NCBI GenBank assembly: GCA_009914755.4
Contig: CP086569.2
Location: forward strand, 5,856,001 to 5,920,000
Source of the DNA: the human T2T-CHM13v2.0 reference genome, Homo sapiens
Direction of reading: 5' to 3'
Length of the DNA: 64,000 nucleotides
A program made the translations under genes and the position numbers. Each line of letters begins with the position of its first letter. Positions within the stretch are counted from its first letter, which is position 1. Shown here piece by piece: positions 1 through 12,600 of this stretch. Below the pieces are notes generated by a model that did no database searches, was not told the DNA's origin, and worked only from the letters and a program-made list of their open reading frames with translations.

Positions 1-230
<230 letters not shown>

Positions 231-416
231 TAGCAATGAATGCTAAAAGAAATGAAAAGTCAGAAGTGACAAAGGATTGTATATATGGATTGCAGTGAAA
301 CTCAATGAGAGCGAAAAAAACTTCAAATCCAACACAAATAAACCAGAAAAAAATATTTAGAATATAAAAAAAAAGAGAGGTAGCTATATATTTTTAAAAA
401 ATGGTTAGAACTTCCA

Positions 417-2213
417 GAATTGGGTGAGTGACACAGAAGATGGGTGATTTCTGCATTTCCCACTGAGGTACCGGGTTCATCTCACTGGGGAGTGCTGGAC
501 AGTGGGTGCAGGACAGTGGGTGCAGTGCACTGTGTGTTAACCGAAGCAAGGCAAGGCATAGCCTCACCCGGGAAGCTCAAGGGGTCAGGGAATTCACTTT
601 CCTAGTCAAAGAAAGGGTTGACAGATGGCACCTGGAAAATTGGGTCACTCCCACCCTAATACTGCGCTTTTCCAATGGCTTAACAAATGGCACACCAGGA
701 GATTATATTCTGCACCTGGTTTGTAGTGTCCTATGCCCACGGAGCCTTGGTCATTGCTAGCACAGCAGTCTGAGATCAAACTGCAAGGTGGCAGCGAGGC
801 TGGGGGAAGGGCACCCGCCATTGCCCAGGCATGAGTAGGTAAACAAAGTGGCTGGGAAGCTTGAACTGGGTGGAGCCCAACAAAGCTCAAGGAGGCCTGC
901 CTGCCTCTGTAGGCTCCACCTCTGGGGCAGGGCACAGACAAACAAAAGACAGCAATAACCTCTGCAGACTTAAATGTCCGTGTCTGACAACTTTGAAGAG
1001 AGTAGTGGTTCTCCCAGCAGGCAGCTTGAGATCTGAGAACAGGCAGACTTCCTCCTCAGGTGGGCCCCTGACCCACGAGTAGCCTAACTGGGAGGCACCC
1101 CCCAGTAGGGGCATACTGACACCTCATACAGCCAGGTACTCCTCTAAGACAAATCTTCCAGAGAAACGATCAGGTGGCAGCATTTGCAGTTCACCAATAT
1201 CCACTGTTCTGTAGCTACCGCTGCTGTTACCCAGGAAAACAGGGTCTGGAGTGGACCTCCAGCAAACTCCAACAGACCTGCAGCTGAGGGTCCTGACTGT
1301 TAGAAGGAAAACTAACAAACCAATGAACTCCAACAAATTTACAAGAAAAAAACAAACAACCCCATCAAAAAGTGGGCAAATGATATGAACAGACACTTCT
1401 CAAAAGAAGACATTTGTGCAGCCAAAAAACACATGAAAAAATGCTCATCATCATTGGCCATCAGAGAAATGCAAATCAAAACCACAATGAGATACCATCT
1501 CACACCAGTTAGAATGGCGATCATTAAAAAGTCAGGAAACAACAGGTGATGGAGAGGATGTGGAGAAATAGGAACACTTTTACACTGTTGGTGGGACTGT
1601 AAACTAGTTCAACCATTGTGGAAGTCAGTGTGGCAATTCCTCAGTGATCTAGAACTGAAAATACCATTTGACCCAGCCATCCCATTACTGGGTATATACC
1701 CAAAGAATTATAAATCATGCTGCTACAAAGACACATGCACACGTATGTTTACTGCGGCACTATTCACAATAGCAAAGACTTGGAACCAACACAAATGTCC
1801 AACAATGATAGACTGGATTAAGAAAATGTGGCACATAGACACCATGGAATACTATGCAGCCATAAAAAAGGACGAGTTCATGTCCTTTGTAGGGACATGG
1901 ATGAAGCTGGAAACCATCATTCTCAGCAAACTATCACAAGGACAAAAAACCAAACACCGCATGTTCTCACTCATAGGTGGGAATTGAACAATGAGAACAC
2001 ATGGACACAGGAAAGGGAACATGACACACCGGGGACTGTTGTGGGGTGGGAGGAGGGGGGAGGGATAGCATTAGGAGATATACCTAATGTTAAATGATGA
2101 GTTAATGGGTGCAGCACACCAACATGGCATATGTATACATATGTAACAAACCTGTACATTGTGCACATGTAGCCTAAAACTTAAAGTATAATAATAATAA
2201 AATAAAAAAATAA
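417..2213 (+). mobile_element. LINE-1, internally deleted: L1PA-type 5'UTR (417-1318) joined directly to ORF2 C-terminal region plus 3'UTR and A-rich tail (1319-2213)
   Basis: 417-1318 matches the L1 5'UTR (gatttctgcatttcc..ctgaggtaccgggttcatctcac..gggaggcaccccccagtaggggc..ctgactgttagaaggaaaactaacaa). From 1319 it matches the ORF2 end (caaatttacaagaaaaaaacaaacaaccccatcaaaaagtgggc...atggaatactatgcagccataaaaaagga) and the 3'UTR (gggtgcagcacaccaacatggcatatgtatacatatgtaacaaacctg). ORF 1616-1987 translates as ORF2 C-terminus. Confidence 0.85.
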
Positions 2214-2214
2214 A

Positions 2215-3647
2215 CTTATACCAAAAAATAAAGAACTTCTAGAATTAAAAAAAAAATTACTGAAGAAACTTCAAAATACAGTTGGAAGCTTTTACAACAG
2301 ACTAGACCAAGTAGAAGAGAGGATTTCAGAGCTTAAAGACTAAACTTTCAAATTAACATAGACAAAAATTAAAAAAAATAATTTCAATAAACAAAGTTTT
2401 CAGGAATATGGGATTATGCAAAACATTCATACCTATGACTTCTTGATATCTCTGAGAAAAAAAAAGAAAAATAAAGCAACTTGAACAACATATTTGAGAA
2501 AATAATCCAGGAAAAATGTCCAACTTTGCTAGAGAAGTCAACATCTGGATACAAGGTGTAGAAGAGAAAAGCAGCAAGATTCTGGAAGAGATAAACCACT
2601 GAGGAACTTAGAACTCTGTGGAAAGTGAAGGTAAGTGTGGTCTGCTCCCATCACTCTGGCAGCAATCTGCTGTCCAACTGTTGGAAAACCCCTATGCCCT
2701 TTCAATGCTGGGAAATGCTTTCAGTGGTGAGCACCTGTGGAAAACACCTATGAGATTCTACACAAGATGACCAACACCAAGGCATATAGTCATCAAACTA
2801 TCCAAGATCAGTATGAAAGAATAAATCTTAAAGGCAACAAGAGAAAATGGATAAATCACCAATAAAGGAAATTTTATCAGACTAACAAGAGGTCTCAGCA
2901 GAAACCTTACCACCCAGAAAAGATTGTGGACCTATTTTTAGCCTTCTTATGAAAAGAAAAATGCCAGCCAGGAATTACATATCCTGTGAAACTGATCTTT
3001 ATAAACGAAGGAGAAATGAAGTTCTTCCTGGATAAACAAACAAAAAGAGAATTTGTCATGATCAGACCAGGCTCCATTGAGTTATAAACAATGAAATAAA
3101 AGGATGGTACTTGCCAGCATAAATACACAAATTAGTACAACATTCACAGGTAATATAAATCAATTACACAATTGAGACTACAAAGTGTCTAGCTAAAAAC
3201 ACTATGACAGGAAAAAAAAAAACACCTCACATATCAGTGTTAACCTTGGACATGAATGGCCTAAATGCTCCACTCAAAAGACAACGTGAGATACAATTTA
3301 AAAAATAAGGCTTAACTTTCTTCTGTCTTCAGGTGATCCATCTCATGTGTAATGATAACCACAGGCCCAAAGTAGAGGGATGGATAAAGACCCCTAAGAC
3401 AAGTAATTGGAAAACCAAAAAGAGCAAGGGTTTCTATCTGATATCAGATAAAACAGACTTTAAACCAAAAAAAGTAAAAAAAGGCAAAGAATGTCATTAC
3501 ATAATGATAAAAGAGTCAATACAACCAGAAAATTTAATTATTCTAAATATATATGGACTCAACATTTGAGAATTCACATTTATAAAAGAATTACTGTTAG
3601 ACCTAAGAAAAGAGATAGACAGACATACAATAATAGTGTAAAAATTT
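2215..3647 (+). mobile_element. Older LINE-1 (L1M-like) fragment: ORF1 C-terminal half through ORF2 endonuclease N-terminus
   Basis: ORF1-like region (gaggatttcagagcttaaagac..aaaatgtccaactttgctagagaagtcaacatctggatacaag). ORF 3333-3569 reads as L1 ORF2 EN domain (..KGFYLISDKTDFKPKKVKKGKECHYIMIKESIQPENLIILNIYGLNI), preceded by the EN start (gtgttaaccttggacatgaatggcctaaatgctccactcaaaagaca). Confidence 0.8.
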
Positions 3648-4309
3648 AATTTTTACACTATTTTACACTAAAAATTAAATTTTTACTCATAAATTAAGAG
3701 AAGTAATCATTAAAGATATATAATACTAAAAGAAAAGAGTGAAATGAGAATGTATCTGTTTCATTACCGCAGCAACATGATATGGTTGCAGCTTTGGTTA
3801 TAATAAAATTTTAGTTGGAAAGGTCAACATGTGCAACACTTTAGAACTTTACCTTGTGTATATTTTTAATATTTTATAGTGAAATGTTTTGATGTTTTTT
3901 TGTAAAACAGTTACCTATTTTGTAGCTAATGATTTTTAATAATCTAGGCAAGTATTTAATAATCATTCACTCTAGGTTATTCATACAAAATCATTGTGCT
4001 TGAAAATGACCAATTTGACAGAAGAACAATAATTTTTGGCCATTTGTATCATTAGAAAATTTTAGCGGTTAATATAAATTTAATATTTTTCACATAGTTA
4101 TATAAAGAAGCATAATAATTTTTTAGTAACTCATATAATATGTCTAGTCATGTTGCTGGAATTCATGGAAGTATTAAATTGAACAATTTTGTTTTCTTCA
4201 GGAAATTTTCAGTCAATGCACAGTAAAAAATATCTAGGTGTAGTTTGATCTATTAATGATTACTTCTCCTAATTTAATTTTATGAGTTTGTATCAAATGT
4301 TAAGGAAGT

Positions 4310-4335
4310 TTGTGTGTGTGTGTGTGTGTGTGTGT
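4310..4335. repeat. (GT)n dinucleotide microsatellite
   Basis: gtgtgtgtgtgtgtgtgtgtgtgtgt seen directly. Confidence 0.95.
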
Positions 4336-4526
4336 AAACTTTATGTGTGTTTCAAATACTGCAACTCTTGTTCTAAGAATACATGCACATACAACAGAAA
4401 TATCATTAATGCCATCTGAATTAACTTAGATATAAATTTTGTTGAATGCAGTGCTAAGAAAATAAGTAAAAGATGTATAATTTTAATTGGAAAAGATGCA
4501 GTAGCCAAATAAAACTGGTATTAAGA

Positions 4527-6990
4527 TAGGAGGTGGAGCAAGATGGCAGCATAGAAGGCTCCGCTGATCATCCCCCCAAAAGTACACAAATTTTACAAAA
4601 ATCTACACAAGCAAAGCAGCTTCATAAGAACTAAAAATTAGGTGAGCACTCACAGTACCTGCTTTTAACTTTGTATCACTAAAAGAGGCACTGAAGAGGT
4701 AGAAAAAAAATCTTGAATCACCAATGCCACACTTCCCTCATTCTCCAGTAGCAGCAGTGTGGTGCAGAGAGAGCATTTCTGTGTGCTGGAGGAGGAAGAG
4801 CCAGCAATTGTGAGGCACTAAACTCAGTGTCATCCTGTTAGAGCAGAAAGGAAAACTGGACCACATTCAGCTGAAGCCCACACACACAGAAAGCATTTAA
4901 GCCAGCCTTAGACAAAGGGAAATTGCCAATTCCAGCAGCCTGAACTTAAGTTCCCACAAACCTTGCCACTGTGAGTTCAAGTGCTCTGGGTCTCTAAGCA
5001 AACTTTAAGAGCTGTCTAGGCCACAAGACTGCAACTCTTAGGTGCATCCTAGTGCTGAACTGAGCCAAGAGACAGAGGACTAGGGGAGCACAAAATCTAT
5101 TGAGTCAGCAACTGGGCAGCTGAGAAAGTGCTGGCATAACCCTTTCCCTAACCCAAGGCTGAACAACTCACAGCTCCAAGAGAGGCATTCCTTCTGCTTG
5201 AGTAAAGGAGAGGGAAGACTGGGCAAGACTTTATCTTGCATATCAGATACCAGCTCATCCACAACAGGATAAGGCACTGGTCAGAGTCATGAGCCCCTGT
5301 TCCAGGCCCTAGCTCATAGCTGACATTTCTAGACACACCCTGTGCTAGAGGGGAACCTGCTGTCTTGAAGGGGAGTACCTAGTCTTGGCAGCAATCATCA
5401 CCTGCTAAATGAAGAGCCTTTGGGCCCTGAGAAACCAGTAGTAATATCAAATGTATACTATGAGGGGCTTGTATGAGCATTTAAGACTTGCTAGCTTTAG
5501 GTATCAGCTAAACTACAGGAACGTAGAACACCAAGCAGAATCTTTGGGTTCAAATTTGCAAGACTTGAACCTTGACTGGCATTTCTGGACCTGCCCTGGG
5601 CCAGAGGAGAGCCTACTGTCCTGAAGGGTAACTCCTAGACTAGGCAGCATTACTGTAGTGTGACTTAAATTCCTTGGGCCTTAAGGAAACATTGGAAGTA
5701 CTCTGACAGTATCTCTCATGGAATTTTGGTGGCAGTAGTGATGGGTGAAGCTCTTTTGCCTTTGGAAAATGGAGGGAAGAGTGAGAAGAACAGCATCTTG
5801 TAGTTTGAAAGCAAGCTCAGACACAGCAGAATAGAATATCAGATAGACTTCTAAGGCTTTTAAGTTTATTCTCTGACTCCCAGGTGGCACGTCTGGACCC
5901 ACCTGGGGACTGGGAAAACCTGCTGTTTTGAAGAAAAAAAAACCTACCTGGCTGGCTTTGCCACCTGCTGATTGTATAGCCTCATGCTCTTGAGTGAACA
6001 TAGGCAGTGGCCAGGGAGGGGTTACAACAGGCCTTGGTCTGTGCCCAATGTAGTGCTGGGTTCAAGTCTGACCCAGCACAATAATAGTAGTAGTGACTAA
6101 GGAGTTGTTTGTCAACCCTACTAAAAAGTGGGCAAAGGACATGAACAGACACTTTGCAAAACAAGACATACATGCAGCCAACAAGCATATGGAAAAAAGC
6201 TCAAAAGTACTGATCATTGGAGAAATGCAAATCCAAACCATAACGAGATACCATTTCAAACCAGTCAGAATGGCTATTTTTAAAAAAGTCAAAACATAAC
6301 AGATGCTAGTGAAGTTGTAGAGAAAAAGAAGCACTTTTATACTGTTAGTGGGAGTATAAATTAGTTCAACCACTGCAGAAGAAAGTGTGGTGATTCCACA
6401 AAGACCTATAACCAGAAATGCCACTGGACCCAGAAATCCCATTACTGGGTATATACACAAAGGAATATAAATGGTTCTATTATAAAGACACATGCATGTG
6501 TATGTTCATTGCAGCACTATTCACTATCGCAAAGATAGGAAATCAACCAAAATGTTCATCAATAATAGACTGGATAAAGGAAATGTGATACATATACACC
6601 ATGGAAGTCTATGCAGCAATAAAAAATAATAAGATTATGTTCTTTCCAGGGACATAGATGGATCTGGTGGTCATTATTCTTAACAAACAAACACAGGAAA
6701 AGAAAACAAAATACTGCATGATCTCTCTTGTAAGTGGAGCTAAATGATGAAAACACACGGACACATGGATGGGAACAATACACACTGGGGCCTATGAGAG
6801 GGTGGAGGGTGGGAGGAGGAAGAGAATCAGAAAAAATAACTAACGGTTACTAGGATTAATATCTGGGTGATAAAATAATGAGTAAAACAGAACCCCATGC
6901 CAAAAGTTTACCTACTTAACAAACCTGCACGTGTGCTACTGAACTTAAAATAAAAGTTAAAAAAAGAAGAAACAAACAAACAAACAAAAA
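4527..6990 (+). mobile_element. LINE-1, internally deleted: long older-type 5'UTR (4527-~6085) joined to ORF2 C-terminus plus 3'UTR (~6085-6990)
   Basis: Starts ggaggtggagcaagatggc (L1 5' terminus). The 5'UTR segment is the reverse complement of the 5'UTR of the minus-strand L1 at 28.7-30.6 kb (ORF 5080-5277(-) and ORF 29592-29792(+) encode the same peptide MPYPVV..). From ~6100, aaaaagtgggcaaaggacatgaacagacac...aatgcaaatccaaaccataacgagataccatttc and an L1 3'UTR follow, ending in an A-rich tail. Confidence 0.8.
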
Positions 6991-6999
6991 TCCAAAATA

Positions 7000-8455
7000 A
7001 GGAGAAGTTTGCATCAATCCACCCCCAGCTTTAAGTGGCTCAGAACTGAGAGAGAGACTCCATTTGTTTGGGTGAAAGAAAGGGAAGAGAACACTTGGTA
7101 ATCTAGAGAATTCTACTCTAGAGAATTCTCCCAAATCATGTCCAAAATGATCAAGGTGATACCTCTATGAGTGTGGAAGAACCACAGTGTTACTTTACTA
7201 GGGTTGCCATTAAAACAGATATAGCATAAATCACAATACCCAGTTTCTTTTGAATATTAAGAAATACTCTCTAAGAAGAATGGGTAGACACAAACACAGA
7301 CCATGAAGACTTCAATAGATACATAACACATCAATGCCCAGACACGGATGAACATCCACAAACATAAGGATGTTTCAGCAAAACATAACCTCACCAAATG
7401 AACTAAATAAGCCACCAGGGAATAATCCTGCAGAAACAGAGTTATGTGACCTTTCTGACAGAATTCAAAATAGCTGTGTTGAAGAAACTCAAAAAAATTC
7501 AAGATACCACAGAAAAAGAAATCAGAAATCTATCAGATAAATTTGAAAGAGATGGAAATAATTTTTAAAAATCAAGCAGAAATCCTGAAGCTGGAAAATA
7601 AAGTATACATACTGAAAGAATTCATCAGAGCCTTTTAATGGCACAATTGATCAAGCAGAAGAAAAAAAATAGTGAGAGTGAAGATAGGATATTTGCAAAT
7701 ACACGGGGGAGAGAAGAAAAGTAAGAAGCAATGAAGCACATCTACAGGATTCAGAAAATAGCCTCAAAATGACAAATCTCAGAGTTGGTGTCCTTAAAGA
7801 GGAGGTAGAGAGATAGGAGTGGAAAGTGTATTCAAAGGCATAATAACAAAAACTTCCCCAATCAACAGAAAGATACTTATATCCAAGTATAAGAAGATTA
7901 TAGAACAGCAAGCAGATTTAACCCAAAGAAGACTACCTCAAGGTCTTTAGTAATTAAACTTCTAGAGATCAAAGATAAAGAAATAGTTCTAAAAAAAAAA
8001 GGCAATAGAGCAAAAAAACTGAAATAAAATGGAGCTCCAATACGCCTGGCAGGAGAATTTTTATTAGAAATGTTAGAACGTTGTCACGTATTTAAAATGC
8101 TGAAGGAAAACAAAAAAAGCTTTTACTTTAGCATAGTATATCCAGTGAAAATATTATTTAAAAATGAAGAATAAATAAAGACTTTCCAAGACAAATGTCA
8201 ACTGAAAAATTTTATCAACACCAGACCTGACCTAAAAGAAGTGCTAAATGGAATACTTCAATCAGAAAGAAATGGATGTTAATGAGCAGTAAGTAATCAC
8301 TTGAAGGTAGAAAACTCACTGGTATTAGAAAGTACACAAAAAAACACAGAATATTATAACACTGTAACTGTGGTGTGCAAACTACTCTTATCCTAAATGA
8401 AAAGAGTAAATGATAAACCAACAAAAAATAATAACTAAAACAACCTTTTTTTTTC
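7000..8455 (+). mobile_element. L1M-like LINE-1, 5' region and ORF1. It is probably the same element as 9690-13945, split by insertions.
   Basis: ORF1-type sequence (gaaatcagaaatctatcagataaatttgaaagagatggaaataatttttaaaaatcaagcagaaatcctgaagctggaaaataaagtatacatactgaaagaattcatcagagcc ... ORF1 C-terminus ... inter-ORF). Confidence 0.75.
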
Positions 8456-9690
8456 AAAAAGTGGTATAGTATTGGACCATCATTTAAGTCTTTCAAAAGG
8501 ATACTGATTACATAAGTCATAATATACAATTGGCTATCCATTTCCATGGGTTCCACATCCACTGATTCAACCAACCACAAATGGAAAATATTTTAAAAAT
8601 AAGAATACAATAATAAAAATAATGCAAATTTTAAAACAATACAGTACAGCAATTATTTATATAGCACTTACATTGTTCTCATTTTTTTTTTATTCTGAAA
8701 ACATTTGTTGGGAGTGCCCTTGTGCCACATAGATTTTATTTTTCCAAAGATGGTTGCAGTTGTATCTTCCATTCCACATACTGTTCTAAAATGCATTCTT
8801 TTTTTTTTTAATTATACTTTAAGTTTTAGGGTACATATGCACAACGTGCAGGTTTGTTACATATGTATACATGTGCCATGTTGGTGTGCTGCACCCATTA
8901 ACTCCTCATTTAACATTAGGTATATTTCCTAATGCTATCCCTTCCCCCTCCCCCCACCCCAAAACAGACCCTGGTGTGTGATGTTCCCCTTCCTGTGTCC
9001 ATGTGTTCTCACTGTTCAGTTCCCACCTATGAGTGAGAACATGCGGTGTTTGGTTTTTTGTCTTTGTGATAGTTTGCTGAGAATGATGGTTTCCAGCTTC
9101 ATCCACGTCCCTACAAAGGACATGAACTCATCCCTTTTTATGGCTGCATAGTATTCCATGGTGTATATGTGTCACATTTTCTTAATCCAGTCCATCATTG
9201 TTGGACATTTGGGTTGGTTCCAAGTCTTTGCTATTGTGAATAGTGCCGCAATAAACATACATGTGCATGTGTCTTTATAGCAGCATGATTTACAATCCTT
9301 TGGGTATATACCCAGTAATGGGATTGCTGGGTCAAATGGTATTTCTAGTTCTAGATCCCTGAGGAATCGCCACACTGACTTCCACAATGGTTGAACTAGT
9401 TTACAGTCCCACCTAAAACAACATTTTAAGACATACACGGTAGAATAAGATATAAATTAAAATAACAAAAAGTTAAAAAATAGGGGGACAAAGTTAAGGT
9501 GCAGAGAATTCTTAATTTTTTTGCACGTTTGTGTTGTATGCAAATAGTTAAGTTGTTATCAAGTTAAAATAATGCATTCTAAGGTAATATTTTCAAACCT
9601 CATGGTAACATAAAAAAACATACAAAAAATACACATAAAATAAAAATCAAGAAACTAAATCATATAGTCATAGAAAATGAACTTCACTAA
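8455..9690 (+). repeat. Unclassified interspersed repeat (8455-8796 and 9413-9690), interrupted by an L1PA 3' fragment
   Basis: Contains ccatgggttccacatccactgattcaaccaaccacaaatggaaaatattt and caatacagtacagcaattatttatatagcacttacattg. I recognise these as a recurrent human repeat motif (palindromic CCGCGG-derived core) but cannot name the family. The flanks of the L1PA insert share ctaaaat/ctaaaac, a probable target-site duplication. Confidence 0.45.
8797..9412 (-). mobile_element. Young LINE-1 (L1PA-type) 3' end fragment, 5'-truncated. Poly-T at its left is the reverse complement of the A-tail.
   Basis: Reverse complement of the L1PA 3'UTR/ORF2 end (tttaagttttagggtacatatgcacaacgtgcaggtttgttacatatgtatacatgtgccatgttggtgtgctgcacccattaac ... 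ccacaatggttgaactagtttacagtccc). ORFs 8906-9106(-) and 9172-9438(-) read as ORF2 C-terminus. Confidence 0.9.
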
Positions 9691-12600
9691 AGAAATACAG
9701 AAAGAAATGAAAAAAGGACAAACCAACAAGAAAACAAGTAACAAAATAGCAGGAGTAAGTCCTTACTTCTCAGTAATAACTTTTAATGTAAATGGACTAA
9801 ACTTTCCAATCAAAAGACATAGAGTGGCTTAATGTATGAAAAAACAAGACCTACTGATTTATCACCTGCAAGAGATACACTTCATCTATAAATACACATA
9901 TATATTGAAAGAAAGAGATGGAAAAAGCTATTCTATGCCAATGGAAATAAAAATAGAGCAGGAGTCACTATACTTACATCAGTAAAAAATAGATTTAAAG
10001 ATATAAACTGTGAGACAAGACAAAGACGTTTACATGATAAAGGGGTTAATTGAGCAAGAAGATAAATGAAATATATATATGCATCCAACCTTGGAACACT
10101 CAGATATATGAAGCAAATATTGTTAGAGCTAAAGAGAGAGATAGGCCCCAATACAATAATAGCTGGAGACATAAACCCCCCACTTTCAGCAATGAAACAA
10201 TTTTCCAGAGAGAAAGAAGAAAAAAAAATAAGAAACATGGGACTTAATCTGCACTATGGACCAAATGAATCTAATAGATATGTACAGAACATTTCATCTG
10301 ACAGCTGCAGAATTCACATTCTTTTCCTCAGCACATGGATTATTCCCAAGAATAAACCATATATAAGGTCACAAAACATCTTTAAAAATTCAAAAAAATT
10401 AGATAGTATCAAGCATCATCTCTGACCCCAATGGAATGAAACTACAAATCAATAACAGGAGCAATTTTGGAAACTATAAAAATACATGGAAATTAAATAG
10501 GATGCTCCTGGATGGCCAGTGGGTCAATGAAGATATTAAGTAGAAAATTGAAAAATATTTTGTGACAAATAATAATGGAAATACAACATATCAAAACCTA
10601 CTGGGTAGAGCAAAAGCAGTACTCAGAGGGAAGTTTATAAGTACCTAAAAATGGGGAAAAACTTCAAATAAACAATCTAACAATGCATCTTAAAGAACTA
10701 GAAAGGCAACAGCAAACAAAACCCAAAATTACTAGAAGATAAGAAATAATAAGATCAGAATAAATAAATGAAATTGAAATAAAAAATAATACAAAAGATC
10801 AATGAAACAAAAAGTTGCCTTTTTGAAAAGTTAAACAAGATTGACAAAAATTTAGTCAGACTAAGAAAAGAGACAATCCAAATAAATAAAACCAAAAATG
10901 AATAAAAAGAGACATTACAACTGGCACTGCATAAATTCAAATGCAAATTTTATTTATCATATTTATTTATCATCAGTGGCTACTATGAGAATCTATATGG
11001 CAATAAATTGGAAAATACCTAGACACATACAGCCTACCAAGATTGAACCAGAAAGAAATCCAAAACCTGAACAGACCAGTATAAAGTAAAAAGATCAAAG
11101 CCATAATAACATGTCTCCCACTAAAGAAAATCCAGGGACCTGATGGCTTCCCTGGTGAATTCTACCAAACACTTAAAGAAGAACTAAAACCAATCTGACT
11201 CAATATTTTCTGAAAAATAGAAGAGGAGGAAATCCTTCCTAACTCACTCTACAATGCCAGTATTACCTTTATACAAAAAAACAGACAAAGACACATCAAA
11301 AAACAATACTACAAGCCAATATCTCTGATAAATTTTGATGCAAAAATGCGCAACAAAATACTAACAAACCACATTCAACGATACATTACAAAGATAATTC
11401 ATCAAGACCAAGCAATGTTTATCTCTGGGATGCAAGGATGGTTCAAAATACACTCTTCAATCAATGTGATACATCATATCAACAGAATGAAAGATAAAAA
11501 CCATATGAACATCTTAATTTATGATGAAAAAGCATTTGATAAAATTCATCATCTCTTTATAATAAAAACTGTCAAAAAACTGAGTAGATAATAAACATAC
11601 CTCAGCATAATTAAAGCCATATATGACAGACACATAGCTAGTATCATACTGAATGGGGAATAAAACCAAAAAACTTTCCTCTAAGATCTGGAACATAATA
11701 AGAATGTCCACTTTCACCACTGTTATTCAACATAGTACTAGGAGTCCTAGCTAGAGCAGTCAGACAAGAGAAAGATCTAAAGAGCATCCAAATCAGAAAG
11801 AAATGTCAAATTATACTTGTTTGCAAATAACATGATCTTATGTTTGAAAAATCTTAAAGACTTCATAAGAAAACTATTAGAAGTGATAAAACAATTTCAG
11901 CAAAGATGCAGGATATGAAATCAATGTATAAAAATCATTAGCATTTGTATACGCCAATAGTGAAAAACCTGAAAAAGAAATAAAAAAGAAATTCAATTTA
12001 CAATAGCCACAACTAAAATTACATATCTAGAATTTACCAAAGTGAAAGGTCTCTGTAATAAAAACTATAAAACACTGATGAAATAAATTGAAGAGGACAC
12101 CAAAAATGGAAAAATATTTTATATTGATAGATTGGAAGAATCAATATTGTTAACATGTCCATACTACTCAAAGCAATCCTAAAGATTCAATGCAATCCCT
12201 AACAAAGTACCAATGGTATTTTTCACAGAAACAGAAAAAAAAATCCTAAAATTTATATGAAACCACAAAAACCCAGAATAGCCAAGCTCTCCTGAGCAAA
12301 AAGAAAAAAATTGAAAAAAATCACATTACCTAACTTCATATTATACTTCAGATCTATATAACCAAAACAGCATGGTAGTGGCATAAAAACAGATACATAG
12401 ACCAATGGTACAGAATGGAGAACCCAGAAGGAAATTCACACACTTACAGTAAACCCACTTTCAAGAAATTTGCCAAGAACATACACTGGGGAATAGTCAG
12501 TCTTTTCAATTAATGGTTCTGGGAAAAATGGATCTCCATATAGAGAAGAATGAAACTACATCCCTGTCTCTCTTCATATATAGAAATCAAATCAAAATGG

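Noticed and set aside
6062-6493. 143-aa minus-strand ORF
   Set aside because: It is the antisense strand of the L1 ORF2 C-terminal region (6085-6990), a well-known spurious antisense ORF.
417-8455. Segmental duplication as the explanation for the two 5'UTR-plus-3'end L1 copies
   Set aside because: The 5'UTRs belong to different L1 subfamilies and the downstream L1M sequences (2215-3647 versus 7000-8455) are different ORF1 segments, so the two are independent loci, not duplicates.
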